Positions 1 through 12,100 of a stretch of 64,000 bases of DNA are shown here, one piece after another; position 1 is the first letter of the stretch; every line of letters starts with the position of its first letter. Source of the DNA: Candidatus Omnitrophota bacterium (lineage in GTDB: Bacteria; Omnitrophota; Gorgyraeia; Gorgyraeales; Gorgyraeaceae); the NCBI GenBank assembly GCA_030691625.1, contig JAUYDX010000088.1, positions 1,856 through 65,855 of the forward strand, in the 5' to 3' direction. Below the pieces are notes generated by a model. That model was not told where the DNA came from and did no database searches. It saw only the letters and a list, made by a program, of their open reading frames with translations. A program made the translations under genes and the position numbers.

Positions 1-548
1 CTTATATAATGGATATCGAAAACGAGATCTACGTGAATCCAAGCCCTTCTCCGGGCCAGAACGAGAATTATGACAAGACAAGGAGATCAGGCGTGGAGCT
101 TGGCATGGAGACGGATCTGCGCAAATTTTATGACATACCCGCGCTCGACAAGCTGGAGTTTTTTACAAATTACGCTTTCCAGGACGCTGAATTCAGAGGC
201 GGCGCGTACAGCGGTAAACAGATACCAATGGTGCCTAAAAATCAGGGCAATGCCGGCTTAAACGCGGGGTTTATGAAAAATTACATCCTGAACGTAACAG
301 GTAAATACGTGGGCGATAGATACGCCATAAACGATACCGGCAATGCGACGCCCAAGGTAAAAAGCTACATCACCATGGACACAAAGCTTTCTTATAAAAG
401 AGACGCTATGGAGATATACGGAAGCATGAACAATGTGTTCAACGAGAAATATTCAACATACGTAGCCAAGAGCACGTCTTCCGCGAAAAAAGATTACTAC
501 CCCGCGCCTGAGAGGAATTTTGAAATCGGCGCGGTCTATAAATGGTGA
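1..548 (+). CDS. TonB-dependent receptor, C-terminal beta-barrel part (5' truncated by window)
   Basis: Amphipathic beta-strands, 'NNVFNEKY' and 'PAPERNFEIGAVYKW' C-terminal TBDR signature; TonB gene follows. Confidence 0.85.
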   Translation, partial: YIMDIENEIYVNPSPSPGQNENYDKTRRSGVELGMETDLRKFYDIPALDKLEFFTNYAFQDAEFRGGAYSGKQIPMVPKNQGNAGLNAGFMKNYILNVTGKYVGDRYAINDTGNATPKVKSYITMDTKLSYKRDAMEIYGSMNNVFNEKYSTYVAKSTSSAKKDYYPAPERNFEIGAVYKW

Positions 549-551
549 GGG

Positions 552-673
552 TTCTCGACTAAGCTTGCGCGATTAGCCGCAACGTCCGCTCGAACAATAT
601 TGCAGCAAAGGACAAAGTCCCCTAATATTCTTCGAGCGGTCACGAGAGCGTATCATGGGAGCGGAGTCGAGAA
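552..673. repeat. Family B nested palindrome (copy B1)
   Basis: TTCTCGACT...CCGCTCGAA...TTCGAGCGG...AGTCGAGAA, 3 nt after stop; extra insert in central loop. Confidence 0.9.
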
Positions 674-683
674 GTTCTTGTAT

Positions 684-712
684 TTGACAAATCAGCGCGC
701 AATTGATATCAT
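684..712 (+). promoter_or_regulatory. sigma70-type promoter for TonB gene
   Basis: TTGACA-17-TATCAT. Confidence 0.6.
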
Positions 713-714
713 AG

Positions 715-1395
715 ATGCAAATGTTTGAAAATAAATCTTTTCAGCTGGCTGTCCTGGTTTCGATCTTTTTGCATTTTTCCGTGTTCCTGATCACGCCTTA
801 TACAGGCGCGTTGCCAAGAAAAGAACGCATCGATCCCATAAAGGTAGCTTATTTTAAGGTAAAGGCCGAGCCTAAAAAGGTTGTGGGAGAGAGGCCGCGG
901 CCCATTTCTCCTCTGGCGCCAGAGGCATTGCCTAAAGTAAAGAAGGATGAGATTTTAAACCCGCCGCAGGCGCAGGCAAAAAAAAAGGAAGAGCCGACCG
1001 TTGAAACCATAACCTCTGACTCCAGGGCCATAATAGGCGCCAAAGGCAAAAAGTTTGAAACAGTTGTCAATGACGAGAAGGATAGCGGCAAGAAAGCCGC
1101 TTATATAGGTTACTACAGATCAGTAAGGGAAAGGATAAGGTATTACGCTGATAGAAATTATATAAAGCAGGGCAGCGCGGCCCAGGGCGAGGTTTTTCTG
1201 TCCTTTGTGGTGACCTCCAGCGGAGAGCTTCTTCATATAATGGTTATTGACGCAAAGTCAGCGGATGACGCGATGTTGAGAAACATAGCTGTGGACAGCG
1301 TGAGAGACGCGAGCCCCTTCCCGGCATTTCCCCAGGGCATGAACCAGTACCAGGTCACCTTCAACGTAATAATCTCCTTCGAACTCAACAAATAA
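715..1395 (+). CDS. Energy transducer TonB-family protein (start may be 721)
   Basis: N-terminal TM with SxxxH, Pro/Lys-rich linker, TonB_C-like 'GEVFLSFVVTSSG...ASPFPAFP'. Confidence 0.8.
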   Translation: MQMFENKSFQLAVLVSIFLHFSVFLITPYTGALPRKERIDPIKVAYFKVKAEPKKVVGERPRPISPLAPEALPKVKKDEILNPPQAQAKKKEEPTVETITSDSRAIIGAKGKKFETVVNDEKDSGKKAAYIGYYRSVRERIRYYADRNYIKQGSAAQGEVFLSFVVTSSGELLHIMVIDAKSADDAMLRNIAVDSVRDASPFPAFPQGMNQYQVTFNVIISFELNK

Positions 1396-1434
1396 CTTTA
1401 CACTTCAAACAATGTTACAAGTGTCAAGTTGTTT
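1390..1434. repeat. Family A palindrome (A1)
   Basis: 45 bp IR, left arm contains TonB TAA stop. Confidence 0.92.
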
Positions 1435-1444
1435 AAAAAAATAC

Positions 1445-1472
1445 TTGACAAAGAGCCAGGGTTTGGTATTAT
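1445..1472 (+). promoter_or_regulatory. groESL promoter
   Basis: TTGACA-16-TATTAT upstream of CIRCE. Confidence 0.65.
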
Positions 1473-1482
1473 ATTACAATAA

Positions 1483-1509
1483 ATAGCACTCCTCTTGGTA
1501 GAGTGCTGA
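1483..1509 (+). promoter_or_regulatory. CIRCE element (HrcA operator)
   Basis: ATAGCACTC-N9-GAGTGCTGA directly upstream of groES. Confidence 0.9.
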
Positions 1510-1528
1510 CAAAATAAGGAGGTGTTAT

Positions 1529-1816
1529 ATGGCAATACAACCTTTAGGAGACAGAGTTCTCGTAAAAAGGCTTGAAGCAGAGGAAAAGACCAAAGGAGGC
1601 ATTGTTTTACCAGACACTGCCAAGGAAAAGCCCCAAAAAGGCGAGGTGGTAAGCTGCGGCAAAGGCAAGACGCTTGAGAGCGGCAAGGTAGAGCCTTTGG
1701 AGGTTAAAAAAGGCGATGTGGTGCTTTTTGGCAAATATTCAGGCGCGGAAATCACTTATAAAGAGGAAGAGTATCTGATATTAAAGGAAGAGGACATTTT
1801 AGCAATAATCAAATAA
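1529..1816 (+). CDS. groES: Co-chaperonin GroES
   Basis: '[12 protein letters not shown]...[16 protein letters not shown]'; AAGGAGG SD. Confidence 0.98.
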   Translation: MAIQPLGDRVLVKRLEAEEKTKGGIVLPDTAKEKPQKGEVVSCGKGKTLESGKVEPLEVKKGDVVLFGKYSGAEITYKEEEYLILKEEDILAIIK

Positions 1817-1859
1817 ACAACTTTACACTTCAAACAATGTTACAAGTGTCAAGTTGTTT
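1815..1859. repeat. Family A palindrome (A2)
   Basis: 45 bp IR overlapping groES stop, between groES and groEL. Confidence 0.93.
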
Positions 1860-1881
1860 GGGAAAAAGGGAGGGAAATAAG

Positions 1882-3522
<1,641 letters not shown>

Positions 3523-3531
3523 TAGTTTGAC

Positions 3532-3608
3532 TTCTCGACTCTGCTCTCCTGATATGCTTTCGTGACCGCTCGAAGAATATTGCTCGAGCGAACGAAGTGA
3601 GTCGAGAA
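3532..3608. repeat. Family B nested palindrome (B2, reverse orientation, short)
   Basis: TTCTCGACT...CCGCTCGAA...CTCGAGCG...AGTCGAGAA. Confidence 0.85.
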
Positions 3609-3623
3609 CATTAGGCCACACTT

Positions 3624-3659
3624 AAGCCCGCGGCGAGAAATCGCCGCGGGCTTTTTATT
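3624..3659 (+). terminator. Rho-independent terminator after groEL
   Basis: GCCCGCGGCGA-GAAA-TCGCCGCGGGC + T run. Confidence 0.9.
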
Positions 3660-3666
3660 GCCTCCC

Positions 3667-3711
3667 AAACAACTTGACACTTCAAACAATGTTACAAGTG
3701 TCAAGTTGTTT
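3667..3711. repeat. Family A palindrome (A3)
   Basis: AAACAACTTGACACTT-CAAACAATGTTAC-AAGTGTCAAGTTGTTT. Confidence 0.95.
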
Positions 3712-3816
3712 GTTGTTCAAATAGCGTATTTGACAATAAGATATCTATGTGATATATTTGAGGTAATATTTTATATTAAATTAATTAGATAATCAAACTC
3801 ACAAGGAGGATGCGGC

Positions 3817-4755
3817 ATGCCAGACCTTTACGAAATCCCCAAAAAGCTTATTGAGAATATCTCAAAGGTTATAGTGGGCAAAAAAGATGTAATTGAGCTG
3901 GTTGTTGTGGGCCTTATGGCCAATGGGCACGTGCTGCTGGAAGATGTGCCCGGACTGGGAAAAACAATGCTTTCCAGGACGCTCGCGAAATCCATAGCGG
4001 GCAGATTCAAAAGAATCCAGTTCACGCCGGATCTTCTGCCATCGGATGTTACCGGCGTTTCGATATACAATCAGAAAACAGGCGAGTTCGAATTCAACGA
4101 AGGCCCTGTATTCGCGAATATAGTGCTGGCCGATGAAATAAACCGCACCACGCCAAGGACCCAGTCAGCCCTGCTGGAAGCCATGCAGGAATTTAACGTT
4201 ACCATAGATGGGATCTTAAGGGAACTGCCGACCCCGTTTTTTGTAATAGCCACAGAAAACCCCATAGAATTTCACGGCACATATCCTCTGCCGGAGTCGC
4301 AGGTGGACAGGTTCCTTATGCAGCTTGCGGTAGGGTATCCTTCAAATGTGGAAGAGGTAAATATCCTTACAAGGAATTTCAGGGAATCCCCCCTGGAGAC
4401 CCTGCAGAGCGTAGTCAGCATAGAAGAAATAATAGAGGTCCAGAAGGCAGTGATGTCGGTGCACATAGACCAGAAAGTGGCTGATTACATAGTCCAGATA
4501 GTTTCCAGTTCCAGAAATATGCCTGGCGACATAAAGCTCGGGGCCAGTCCCAGGGCGTCGCTGGCGCTCATGCGCACGTCAAGGGCGCTGGCATTCCTTG
4601 ATAAAAGGGATTATGTAATACCTGATGATGTAAAAAATCTCTCGTATCATGTGCTTAAACACAGGCTTATCCTTCAGCCGCGCTCCATAGTGCGCGGGCT
4701 GACAACAAGAGACATTGTAAATCATATATTAAAAAAGGTCTCTGTGCCGGTTTAG
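3817..4755 (+). CDS. MoxR-family AAA+ ATPase
   Basis: 'LLEDVPGLGKT', 'RIQFTPDLLPSD', 'DEINRTTPRTQSALLEAM'. Confidence 0.95.
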   Translation: MPDLYEIPKKLIENISKVIVGKKDVIELVVVGLMANGHVLLEDVPGLGKTMLSRTLAKSIAGRFKRIQFTPDLLPSDVTGVSIYNQKTGEFEFNEGPVFANIVLADEINRTTPRTQSALLEAMQEFNVTIDGILRELPTPFFVIATENPIEFHGTYPLPESQVDRFLMQLAVGYPSNVEEVNILTRNFRESPLETLQSVVSIEEIIEVQKAVMSVHIDQKVADYIVQIVSSSRNMPGDIKLGASPRASLALMRTSRALAFLDKRDYVIPDDVKNLSYHVLKHRLILQPRSIVRGLTTRDIVNHILKKVSVPV

Positions 4756-4758
4756 TAT

Positions 4759-5991
4759 ATGCTGATAACCCTCAAAGGCATATCTCTTCTTTTAGCCGTA
4801 ATAGTCCTCATAGCTATTGCCTGGAATACCGACATAACAATGGTGTACATATTTTTTGTGGTGGCCTTTGTTATGTTTGTACTGTCCCTGGCGCATACCT
4901 ATCTTAACATCCCGGATATAGATGTCCAGCGCGCGGTCCAGGAAACCGCATTCGAAGAAGAAGTGCTTAATATCAAGATGCGCATCCGCAATAAACTGTC
5001 CAGGCCTGTTTACTTTTTTGAGCTGTTGGATTTTTTTCCAGGCGGCCAGCCGGGCAAGGAGAAGATATCCCTGTTTATCCTGGCCATAAACCCGGGAGGG
5101 GAGATCAATTTTAATTACAGCGCGGATTGTTACAAAAGAGGCGTATGGAAACTCGGGCCTATAGAGATTACGTCTCAGGATGCCCTGGGTTTTTTTAGAA
5201 TGAAAAAAATCCTGGACGTAGTATCTGATATAGTTGTATATCCGGCTGTTTTCAGGATAATGGCTTTTCCTGCCCTGGCCAGCGGGTCTGTTTCATGGAT
5301 GGGAGTGGAGACAGCCAAGATAAGCGGAGACAGCCACGAATTTTTCGGGATCAGGGAATATCAGCGCGGAGACACGATAAGCAAGATGCATTGGCCGTCC
5401 ACAGCCAAGCATAATAAATTGATAGTGAGGCAGTTTGAGCGCAACGCGGTCCAGGAGGCGACCATAGTGCTGGACCTTATGAAGGGCCATGATATAGGCG
5501 CGGGCAGGGAAACTACGCTTGAGTACGCTGTAAAGATATCCGCATCCATAGCGAAGTTTCTGCTCAATAGCGGTGTCTTTGTGCAGGTAATGGGATATAC
5601 AGACGAGGCGCTGGTGATACCGTTCGGAAAAGGCGAATCCCATATGTATAAAATACTGGAATACCTGGCAAAGGTCCAGTCTACAGGAGGGCATAATCTC
5701 AGCGAGACGCTGGAAGAGGCGAGTTTTCTTACGCCTTATAGCTCCACGCTTGTGGTGACAATGCTGGACAATGACATGGACGCGCTTTCCAGCCTGGTGC
5801 AGTTCAGGGCAAAAGGCGTAAAGCTCATAGTGGCTGTGCTTTCTGTTTCAACTTTTGGCCACTCTGATGAGATTGAGTATCTGGATACAGAGGCCGCTAA
5901 AAAGTTTGACGAGGCGCTGGTGGGCCTGGATGCCTACGTGTACAGGATATCCAAAGGCGATGATTTTGAGAAAAAATTCGAGACAGCGTAA
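4759..5991 (+). CDS. DUF58 domain protein
   Basis: 'EFFGIREYQRGD...HWPSTAK...LIVRQFE'; next to moxR. Confidence 0.9.
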   Translation: MLITLKGISLLLAVIVLIAIAWNTDITMVYIFFVVAFVMFVLSLAHTYLNIPDIDVQRAVQETAFEEEVLNIKMRIRNKLSRPVYFFELLDFFPGGQPGKEKISLFILAINPGGEINFNYSADCYKRGVWKLGPIEITSQDALGFFRMKKILDVVSDIVVYPAVFRIMAFPALASGSVSWMGVETAKISGDSHEFFGIREYQRGDTISKMHWPSTAKHNKLIVRQFERNAVQEATIVLDLMKGHDIGAGRETTLEYAVKISASIAKFLLNSGVFVQVMGYTDEALVIPFGKGESHMYKILEYLAKVQSTGGHNLSETLEEASFLTPYSSTLVVTMLDNDMDALSSLVQFRAKGVKLIVAVLSVSTFGHSDEIEYLDTEAAKKFDEALVGLDAYVYRISKGDDFEKKFETA

Positions 5992-5994
5992 TGG

Positions 5995-6095
5995 TTCTCG
6001 ACTGGGCTTGCGCATTACGATAATAACGTCCGCTCGAACAATACTAATATTCTTCGAGCGGTCAGAAGAGCGCATCATGGGAGCGGAGTCGAGAA
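5995..6095. repeat. Family B nested palindrome (B3)
   Basis: Same outer and inner IRs, 3 nt after DUF58 stop. Confidence 0.9.
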
Positions 6096-6111
6096 GCCCT
6101 TTAATATTTAT

Positions 6112-7743
6112 ATGAATAGAGACTTTTTATATTTTCATTTTGCGAATCTGGGGCTTATTATGATAGGGATATTGTCTGCGCAGAAAATCCTGGGCCCTAT
6201 TATCACAGCAGGGCTTTTAGCCGGGATTGTGGCGGGATTTTTCTTCAGCTGGAGTATCAGGAAGGCCAGGCCTCCGCACATAGATACTTTTATAGGCATG
6301 CTCTCGCTGGCCAGCGTGGTGATTATACTGAGCAGGTTTTACGAGGTGCAGATAACCTTTGAAAATCTCATAAAGATTTTTTCAACAGCCCTTGTCTGGC
6401 TCAGCCTTTTCCAGTCTTTCGGGCTGGAGGACTACAAGAATTATAATATAGTCCAATTTATATCAGTCTGCCTTTTGATCGCTTCTGTAAGCCTCGCGCT
6501 TGAAAATGAGGCGATCTACGTCTTTTACCTTACGGTTTTTCTGTTTCTGTTTATTTTCACTACGCGCCTGGGCCTTGTGTGCAAAAAACAGACCCAGGGC
6601 TCTGTCATCATAGGCGATAAGGAAGAGATAATGAGCCTGTGGCAGCAGATAAAGATAGGCGCGATCATGTTTTCTATTGTCCTGATGCTCTCTGCCCTGG
6701 TTTACCCTATGGTGCCCAGGTTCAACAGCCTTTCTTTAAGCTGGGTGCCTGCCTCGCTTCTGGGCCTGCCTGAGAAGATCCCGCTTTTAAAATTGATAAA
6801 TGACGCGAGGCAGAAGATCAAAGACAAAAAAAATAAGAAAGACCAGCTGATAACGGACAATCTTAAGAAAAGAGAGACAAGCGGAGACAAGATTCAGCAA
6901 AAAAAGCTTGAAAAACAAAAAGAGAAGCAGACATCTACAGAAAGATTCAAGGCGGGAGATTTTGATAAATCCGTGGATGTTTTAAAAATAGAGAGCCTTA
7001 CGATAAAGGCGGATAAAAACGAGATACCGCTTGATCAAAAAGCAAATCTGAAGGCGGAATTAAAACTGACAGACGGTTCCGGTATCCCTGCCACAAGGCT
7101 TGTGGACTGGAAGGTCATAGGGTCAGGGCAGGGCTCAGGCGGCGGCATCGGAAGAGTTATGATAGACAAAGACGGGAATATTACCCCCAGGGGGCCTGGG
7201 TTTGTCACTATATCCGCCTCTTACATGGGGACCTTCAGCAACGACGTGAAAATCAAGATAAAAGAACCGCTGAAGCCTAAAAAGAAAAGAGGTTTTTTAT
7301 TTTATTTTTTTATTTTTTTCTTATGGTTATTATTGCTATCGCTCGTTATCCTGACCATAAGGACTATTATAAGGGTATACACCTTGACGGAGATGCGGGA
7401 ATTGGCCCCGAAGAGGTTCATAAAAGAACTGTATTTTGCGCTTTGCAGGGCGCTTAAATTTTACGGGGTCCGCAAAATGAATTATACGGCTTACAGGGAA
7501 TTCTATAAGTTCATCAAAGAGCTTATCCGCGCGAGGCCGGAGCCGATGTACGCCTTTACAGAAAATTTTATGGAATCGCATTTCTCCGAGCACGAGATTA
7601 CCACAGAGCATTCCCATAAATACCTGGATTTATTCCACGAAACAAAAGACGTCATCCTGGAAAGAGACGATAAAAATAGCTTTTTGAGGGGTATCCTCTT
7701 CAGGCTGTATTTGCTCGACATATTACTCATACCCAAAAAATAA
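6112..7743 (+). CDS. Multi-TM protein (DUF3488/TgpA-N-like) with Ig-like domain and DUF4129-like tail
   Basis: About 6 TM then 'PMVPR', a beta-rich Big_2-like segment, one TM and a helical C-terminus; third gene of MoxR-DUF58 cluster. Confidence 0.55.
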   Translation: MNRDFLYFHFANLGLIMIGILSAQKILGPIITAGLLAGIVAGFFFSWSIRKARPPHIDTFIGMLSLASVVIILSRFYEVQITFENLIKIFSTALVWLSLFQSFGLEDYKNYNIVQFISVCLLIASVSLALENEAIYVFYLTVFLFLFIFTTRLGLVCKKQTQGSVIIGDKEEIMSLWQQIKIGAIMFSIVLMLSALVYPMVPRFNSLSLSWVPASLLGLPEKIPLLKLINDARQKIKDKKNKKDQLITDNLKKRETSGDKIQQKKLEKQKEKQTSTERFKAGDFDKSVDVLKIESLTIKADKNEIPLDQKANLKAELKLTDGSGIPATRLVDWKVIGSGQGSGGGIGRVMIDKDGNITPRGPGFVTISASYMGTFSNDVKIKIKEPLKPKKKRGFLFYFFIFFLWLLLLSLVILTIRTIIRVYTLTEMRELAPKRFIKELYFALCRALKFYGVRKMNYTAYREFYKFIKELIRARPEPMYAFTENFMESHFSEHEITTEHSHKYLDLFHETKDVILERDDKNSFLRGILFRLYLLDILLIPKK

Positions 7744-7758
7744 TCAACCTAACCGCCC

Positions 7759-7803
7759 CAGCAACTTTACACTTGTAACAATGTTTGTAGTGTCAAGTTG
7801 TTT
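7759..7803. repeat. Family A palindrome (A4)
   Basis: IR with core GTAACAATGTTTG. Confidence 0.88.
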
Positions 7804-7894
7804 GACCAAGGGTGTCAACTTTCTTGACTTTATGGCGGATTTGCTGTATTATACAATCTCTAAACAGTTGTTTCGTAAATTCAGGAGGTATTAA

Positions 7895-9055
7895 ATGGGC
7901 GAGTGGGTTGGAAGAGGCAGGAAGGCAAGGAGATGTTATGGGTTTGACGAGATCGCGCTTGTCCCCGGCAATGTTACGATAAATCCAAAAGAGACAGATA
8001 CGAGCTGGGAACTGGACGGAAAGAAATACAAGGTGCCTATTCTGGCAGCTGCCATGGACGGGGTAGTGGATGTGAAATTCGCGATAGAGATGTCCAGGCT
8101 CGGCGGGATAGCCGTCCTTAATTTAAACGGCGTGCAGACCAGGTATGAAGATCCTGATGAGGTGCTTGAGAAAATATCGCGCGCTAACCCGGAAGAAGCC
8201 ACAAAACTTGTGCAGTCGCTTTATCTGAAGCCTGTGCAGGAAAAACTTATCGCGAAAAGGATCAAGGAGATCAAATCCAAGAAAGGCGTGGCAGCTGTAA
8301 GTGCCATACCGCAGGACGCAGAAAAGTTCGGCAAGGTGGCTCAGGAGGCTGGCGCTGATATCTTTTTTATTCAATCAACTGTCATAAGCGTCAATCATGT
8401 CTCCAGCGAATATAAGATCGTGGACCTGGCGAAATTTATCAAATCAATGAAGATACCTGTGGTGCTGGGAAATTGCGTTACGTATTCCGTGGCGTTGGAA
8501 TTAATGGAGGCCGGGCCTGCGGCTATCCTGGTCGGGATAGGTCCTGGCGCGGCGTGCACCACTCGGGGCGTCTTAGGTATAGGCGTGCCTCAGGTAACAG
8601 CCACTTCGGATATAGCTGCGGCAAGGGATTTTTATTACAAGAAGACAGCGAAATACATACCTATTATAACAGACGGCGGCATGGATTCAGGCGGAGATAT
8701 ATGCAAGGCATTTGCCTGCGGCGCAGACGCGGTAATGGTGGGCTCTGCTTTCGCGAGGGCAAAGGAGGCGCCTGGCAAGGGATATCACTGGGGAATGGCA
8801 ACGCCACACGCCAACCTTCCCCGCGGCACCAGGATTCACGTTGGCACCACAGGGACACTGGAAGAGATCCTCCTGGGCCCTGCGAAGCTCGATGACGGCT
8901 CTCAGAATTTAGTAGGCGCTCTTATGACGTCAATGGGAAACCTCGGCGCTAGAAACATTAGAGAGATGCAGCTCACTGAAATTATCATAGCCCCATCCAT
9001 CAAGACCGAAGGCAAGATCATGCAAAGGGTCCAAAAGGTTGGCATGGGTAAATAA
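7895..9055 (+). CDS. GuaB3-type IMP dehydrogenase family protein (no CBS domains)
   Basis: 'YGFDEIALVP', 'GIGPGAACTTR', 'HWGMA'. Confidence 0.92.
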   Translation: MGEWVGRGRKARRCYGFDEIALVPGNVTINPKETDTSWELDGKKYKVPILAAAMDGVVDVKFAIEMSRLGGIAVLNLNGVQTRYEDPDEVLEKISRANPEEATKLVQSLYLKPVQEKLIAKRIKEIKSKKGVAAVSAIPQDAEKFGKVAQEAGADIFFIQSTVISVNHVSSEYKIVDLAKFIKSMKIPVVLGNCVTYSVALELMEAGPAAILVGIGPGAACTTRGVLGIGVPQVTATSDIAAARDFYYKKTAKYIPIITDGGMDSGGDICKAFACGADAVMVGSAFARAKEAPGKGYHWGMATPHANLPRGTRIHVGTTGTLEEILLGPAKLDDGSQNLVGALMTSMGNLGARNIREMQLTEIIIAPSIKTEGKIMQRVQKVGMGK

Positions 9056-9070
9056 AGTTAACCCGGATTC

Positions 9071-9115
9071 AAACAACTTGACACTTGAAACAATGTCACA
9101 AGTGTCAAGTTGTTT
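9071..9115. repeat. Family A palindrome (A5)
   Basis: IR with core GAAACAATGTCAC. Confidence 0.95.
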
Positions 9116-9125
9116 GGTTGATTAT

Positions 9126-12100
9126 ATGCTTCATAGCGATTTCGTCCACCTGCACGTCCACACGCAATACAGCCTTCTTGACGGCGCCTGCATAATACCT
9201 AATCTCATTGACCTCGCGAGGCGCATGAAGATGCCTGCCTGCGCCATAACAGACCACGGCAACATGTTCGGCGCCATTGAATTCTACCAATCATGCATGA
9301 CGAATGGGATCAAGCCTATAATAGGGTCAGAGGTTTATATCGCCCCCAAAGGCAGGCTTGACAAGACCTTTTCCGCCGGAGAAGAAACAGCCAATCACCT
9401 GATACTGCTTGTCAAAGACGAGGCAGGATATAAAAATCTGATGAAGCTGGTCTCCATCGGTTATCTGGAAGGTTTTTATTATAAACCGAGGATCGATAAA
9501 GAGGTCCTGGCGCAGTATTCAAAAGGATTGATCGCGCTATCCAGCTGTTTAAAAGGCGAGATCCCCAGGTCTATAATGTCAGGGAAGGAAGAAAGGGCAA
9601 AACAGCTGGCAGATGAGTATTGCGCTATCATGGGCAAGGAAAATTTTTATTTTGAACTGCAGGATAACGGGATACCTGAGCAAAGGGAGGTCAGCAGGGA
9701 ACTTATAAGGCTTGGCAAAGAATTGGGCATAGGAGTAGTTGCCACTAACGACGTGCACTATCTTACCAGGGACAGCGCTAAGGCGCACGAGGCGCTTCTA
9801 TGCATACAGACGCAGACCACGCTGGATGACCCTAACCGCATGAAACTGCAGACAGACCAGTTTTATTTCAGGTCTGGCGAAGAAATGAAAGCGCTTTTTA
9901 AGGATACGCCGGACGCCATTTCCAACACAATAAAAATAGCGGAAAGGTGTAACCTGGAACTGGATTTCAAAAAGACATATCTTCCTCATTATGCCGCGCC
10001 TGAAGGCACCACGCGGGAAAAATTTATGAGAGAGCTCTGCGAAAATAATCTGGAGAAAAGATATCCCTTGTCTACCTGTCCAACTTCGCAAGTTGCCCCG
10101 ATGGGCAACTTGCGAAGTTGGACAGGTGGGGATATGAGACAAATAAAGGAAAGGCTGGATTATGAATTAAAGGTCATAAGCAAGGCAGGCTACACAAGTT
10201 ATTTCCTCATAGTGTGGGATTTTATAAGCCACGCGAAATCAAAAGGCATAGCTGTCGGGCCGGGAAGAGGTTCTGCGGCAGGGAGCATAGTGAGCTATCT
10301 CTTAGGCATAACAGACATAGACCCGCTCAGGTACAATCTCCTCTTTGAAAGATTTTTAAACTCTGAGCGCGTGAGCATGCCTGATATTGACATAGATTTC
10401 TGCTACGAAAGAAGGCCGGAGGTTATAGATTATGTCGTGCAGAAATACGGCAAGGACAATGTCGCGCAGATAATAACCTTCGGGACCATGGCAGCCAGGG
10501 CAGTAATAAGGGATGTGGGCAGGGTGATGAACCTTCCTTACGCTGATGTCGACAGGATAGCGAAGCTTGTGCCGATGGAACTGGACGTGACCCTGGAACT
10601 CGCGCTTGAAAAAGAACCGGAGCTCGCGAGATTATACAAAGAAGACCCAAGGGTGCGCGAACTTATAGATACCTCAAAAAAACTGGAAGGCCTTACGCGC
10701 CACGCGTCCACGCACGCGGCAGGGGTGGTCATAAGCGAGGATTCGCTCACCAACCACGTCCCAATATTTAAGACCAGCGATGGGCAAATTTCAACAGGCT
10801 ACGCCATGGGCTCTCTTGAAAAGATAGGGCTTTTTAAAAATGGATTTCCTGGGCTTGAGGACATTGACCGTTATTCAGGAGGCGATAAAGATAATCAACA
10901 GGGTCAATAATGTAGGGGCGGTCAATGACCGCCCCCTACGGGTTGAGGACATACCAATGGACGACCCTAAGACTTACAGGCTTTTGAATAACGCTGAATC
11001 AGAAGGCATATTCCAGCTGGAAAGTTCAGGGATGAGAGACCTTTTGAGGAAATTAAAGGCAGAGAAATTCGAGGACATAATAGCTCTTCTCGCGTTATAC
11101 AGGCCCGGCCCGATAGGAAGCGGCATGCTTGATGATTACATGAAGCGCAAGCACGGCAAGGTGGACGTGAGGTATGACCACCCGCTTCTTGAGGCGAGCC
11201 TGAAAGAGACATACGGCATCATTGTGTACCAGGAGCAGGTAATGACAATAGTCTCCTCGCTCGCTGGCTTTTCGCTGGCGCAGGCAGACCTTTTAAGAAG
11301 GGCTATCGGCAAAAAAACACCGGAGATAATGGAGCAGCAGAAAAAGGCCTTTATCGACGGCGCCGCGAAAAATAAAATAGACAGGCGTATTGCGGAAAAG
11401 ATATTTAACCTGATAGAGCATTTCGCCGGTTACGGCTTCAACAAAAGCCATTCAGCGGCGTACGCCATGATCTCTTACAGGACAGCGTACCTGAAGGCGA
11501 ACTTTCCCGTTGAGTTCATGACAGCCCTTCTCACCAGCGAAAAAGATAACACGGATAAGATAGTGGAATACATAGACGAGGCAGAGCGCATGGGTATAAA
11601 GATACTGCCTCCTGATATAAACGAGAGCTACGCGAATTTTACCATGATAAATAAAAATGAGATAAGATTTGGTTTGAGCGCTGTTAAAAATGTGGGCGAA
11701 GGCGCCATAGAATCCATAATCGAGGCCAGGAAAAAATACGGCCGTTTCTCGTCCCTGTACGAATTCTGCGAAAAGACAGATTCGAGGCTTGTGAATAAAA
11801 AGGTCATGGAGAGCCTTATAAAATGCGGGGCGTTTGACAGCGCGGGCCTTAAAAGATCCCAGCTGATGGCAATGCTGGCGGACACAATGAATGCCGCGGA
11901 TTCCGCGCACAAGGAATCCGCCACAGGCCAGATGACGCTTTTTACCAAGGACAGCCGCGAACCGCAGGCCCCGGATATAAAGGAGTGGCCTGAGAGCCAG
12001 CTTTTGAATTTTGAAAAAGATATGATAGGGTTTTATATAACAGGCCACCCTCTCGCCAAATACGAAAAGATGATCAAGGAATATTCCACAGCAGGCAGCG

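Noticed and set aside
3667-3711. TTGACA in family A arms as portable promoters
   Set aside because: Both hexamers face inward and there is no -10 at 16-18 nt.
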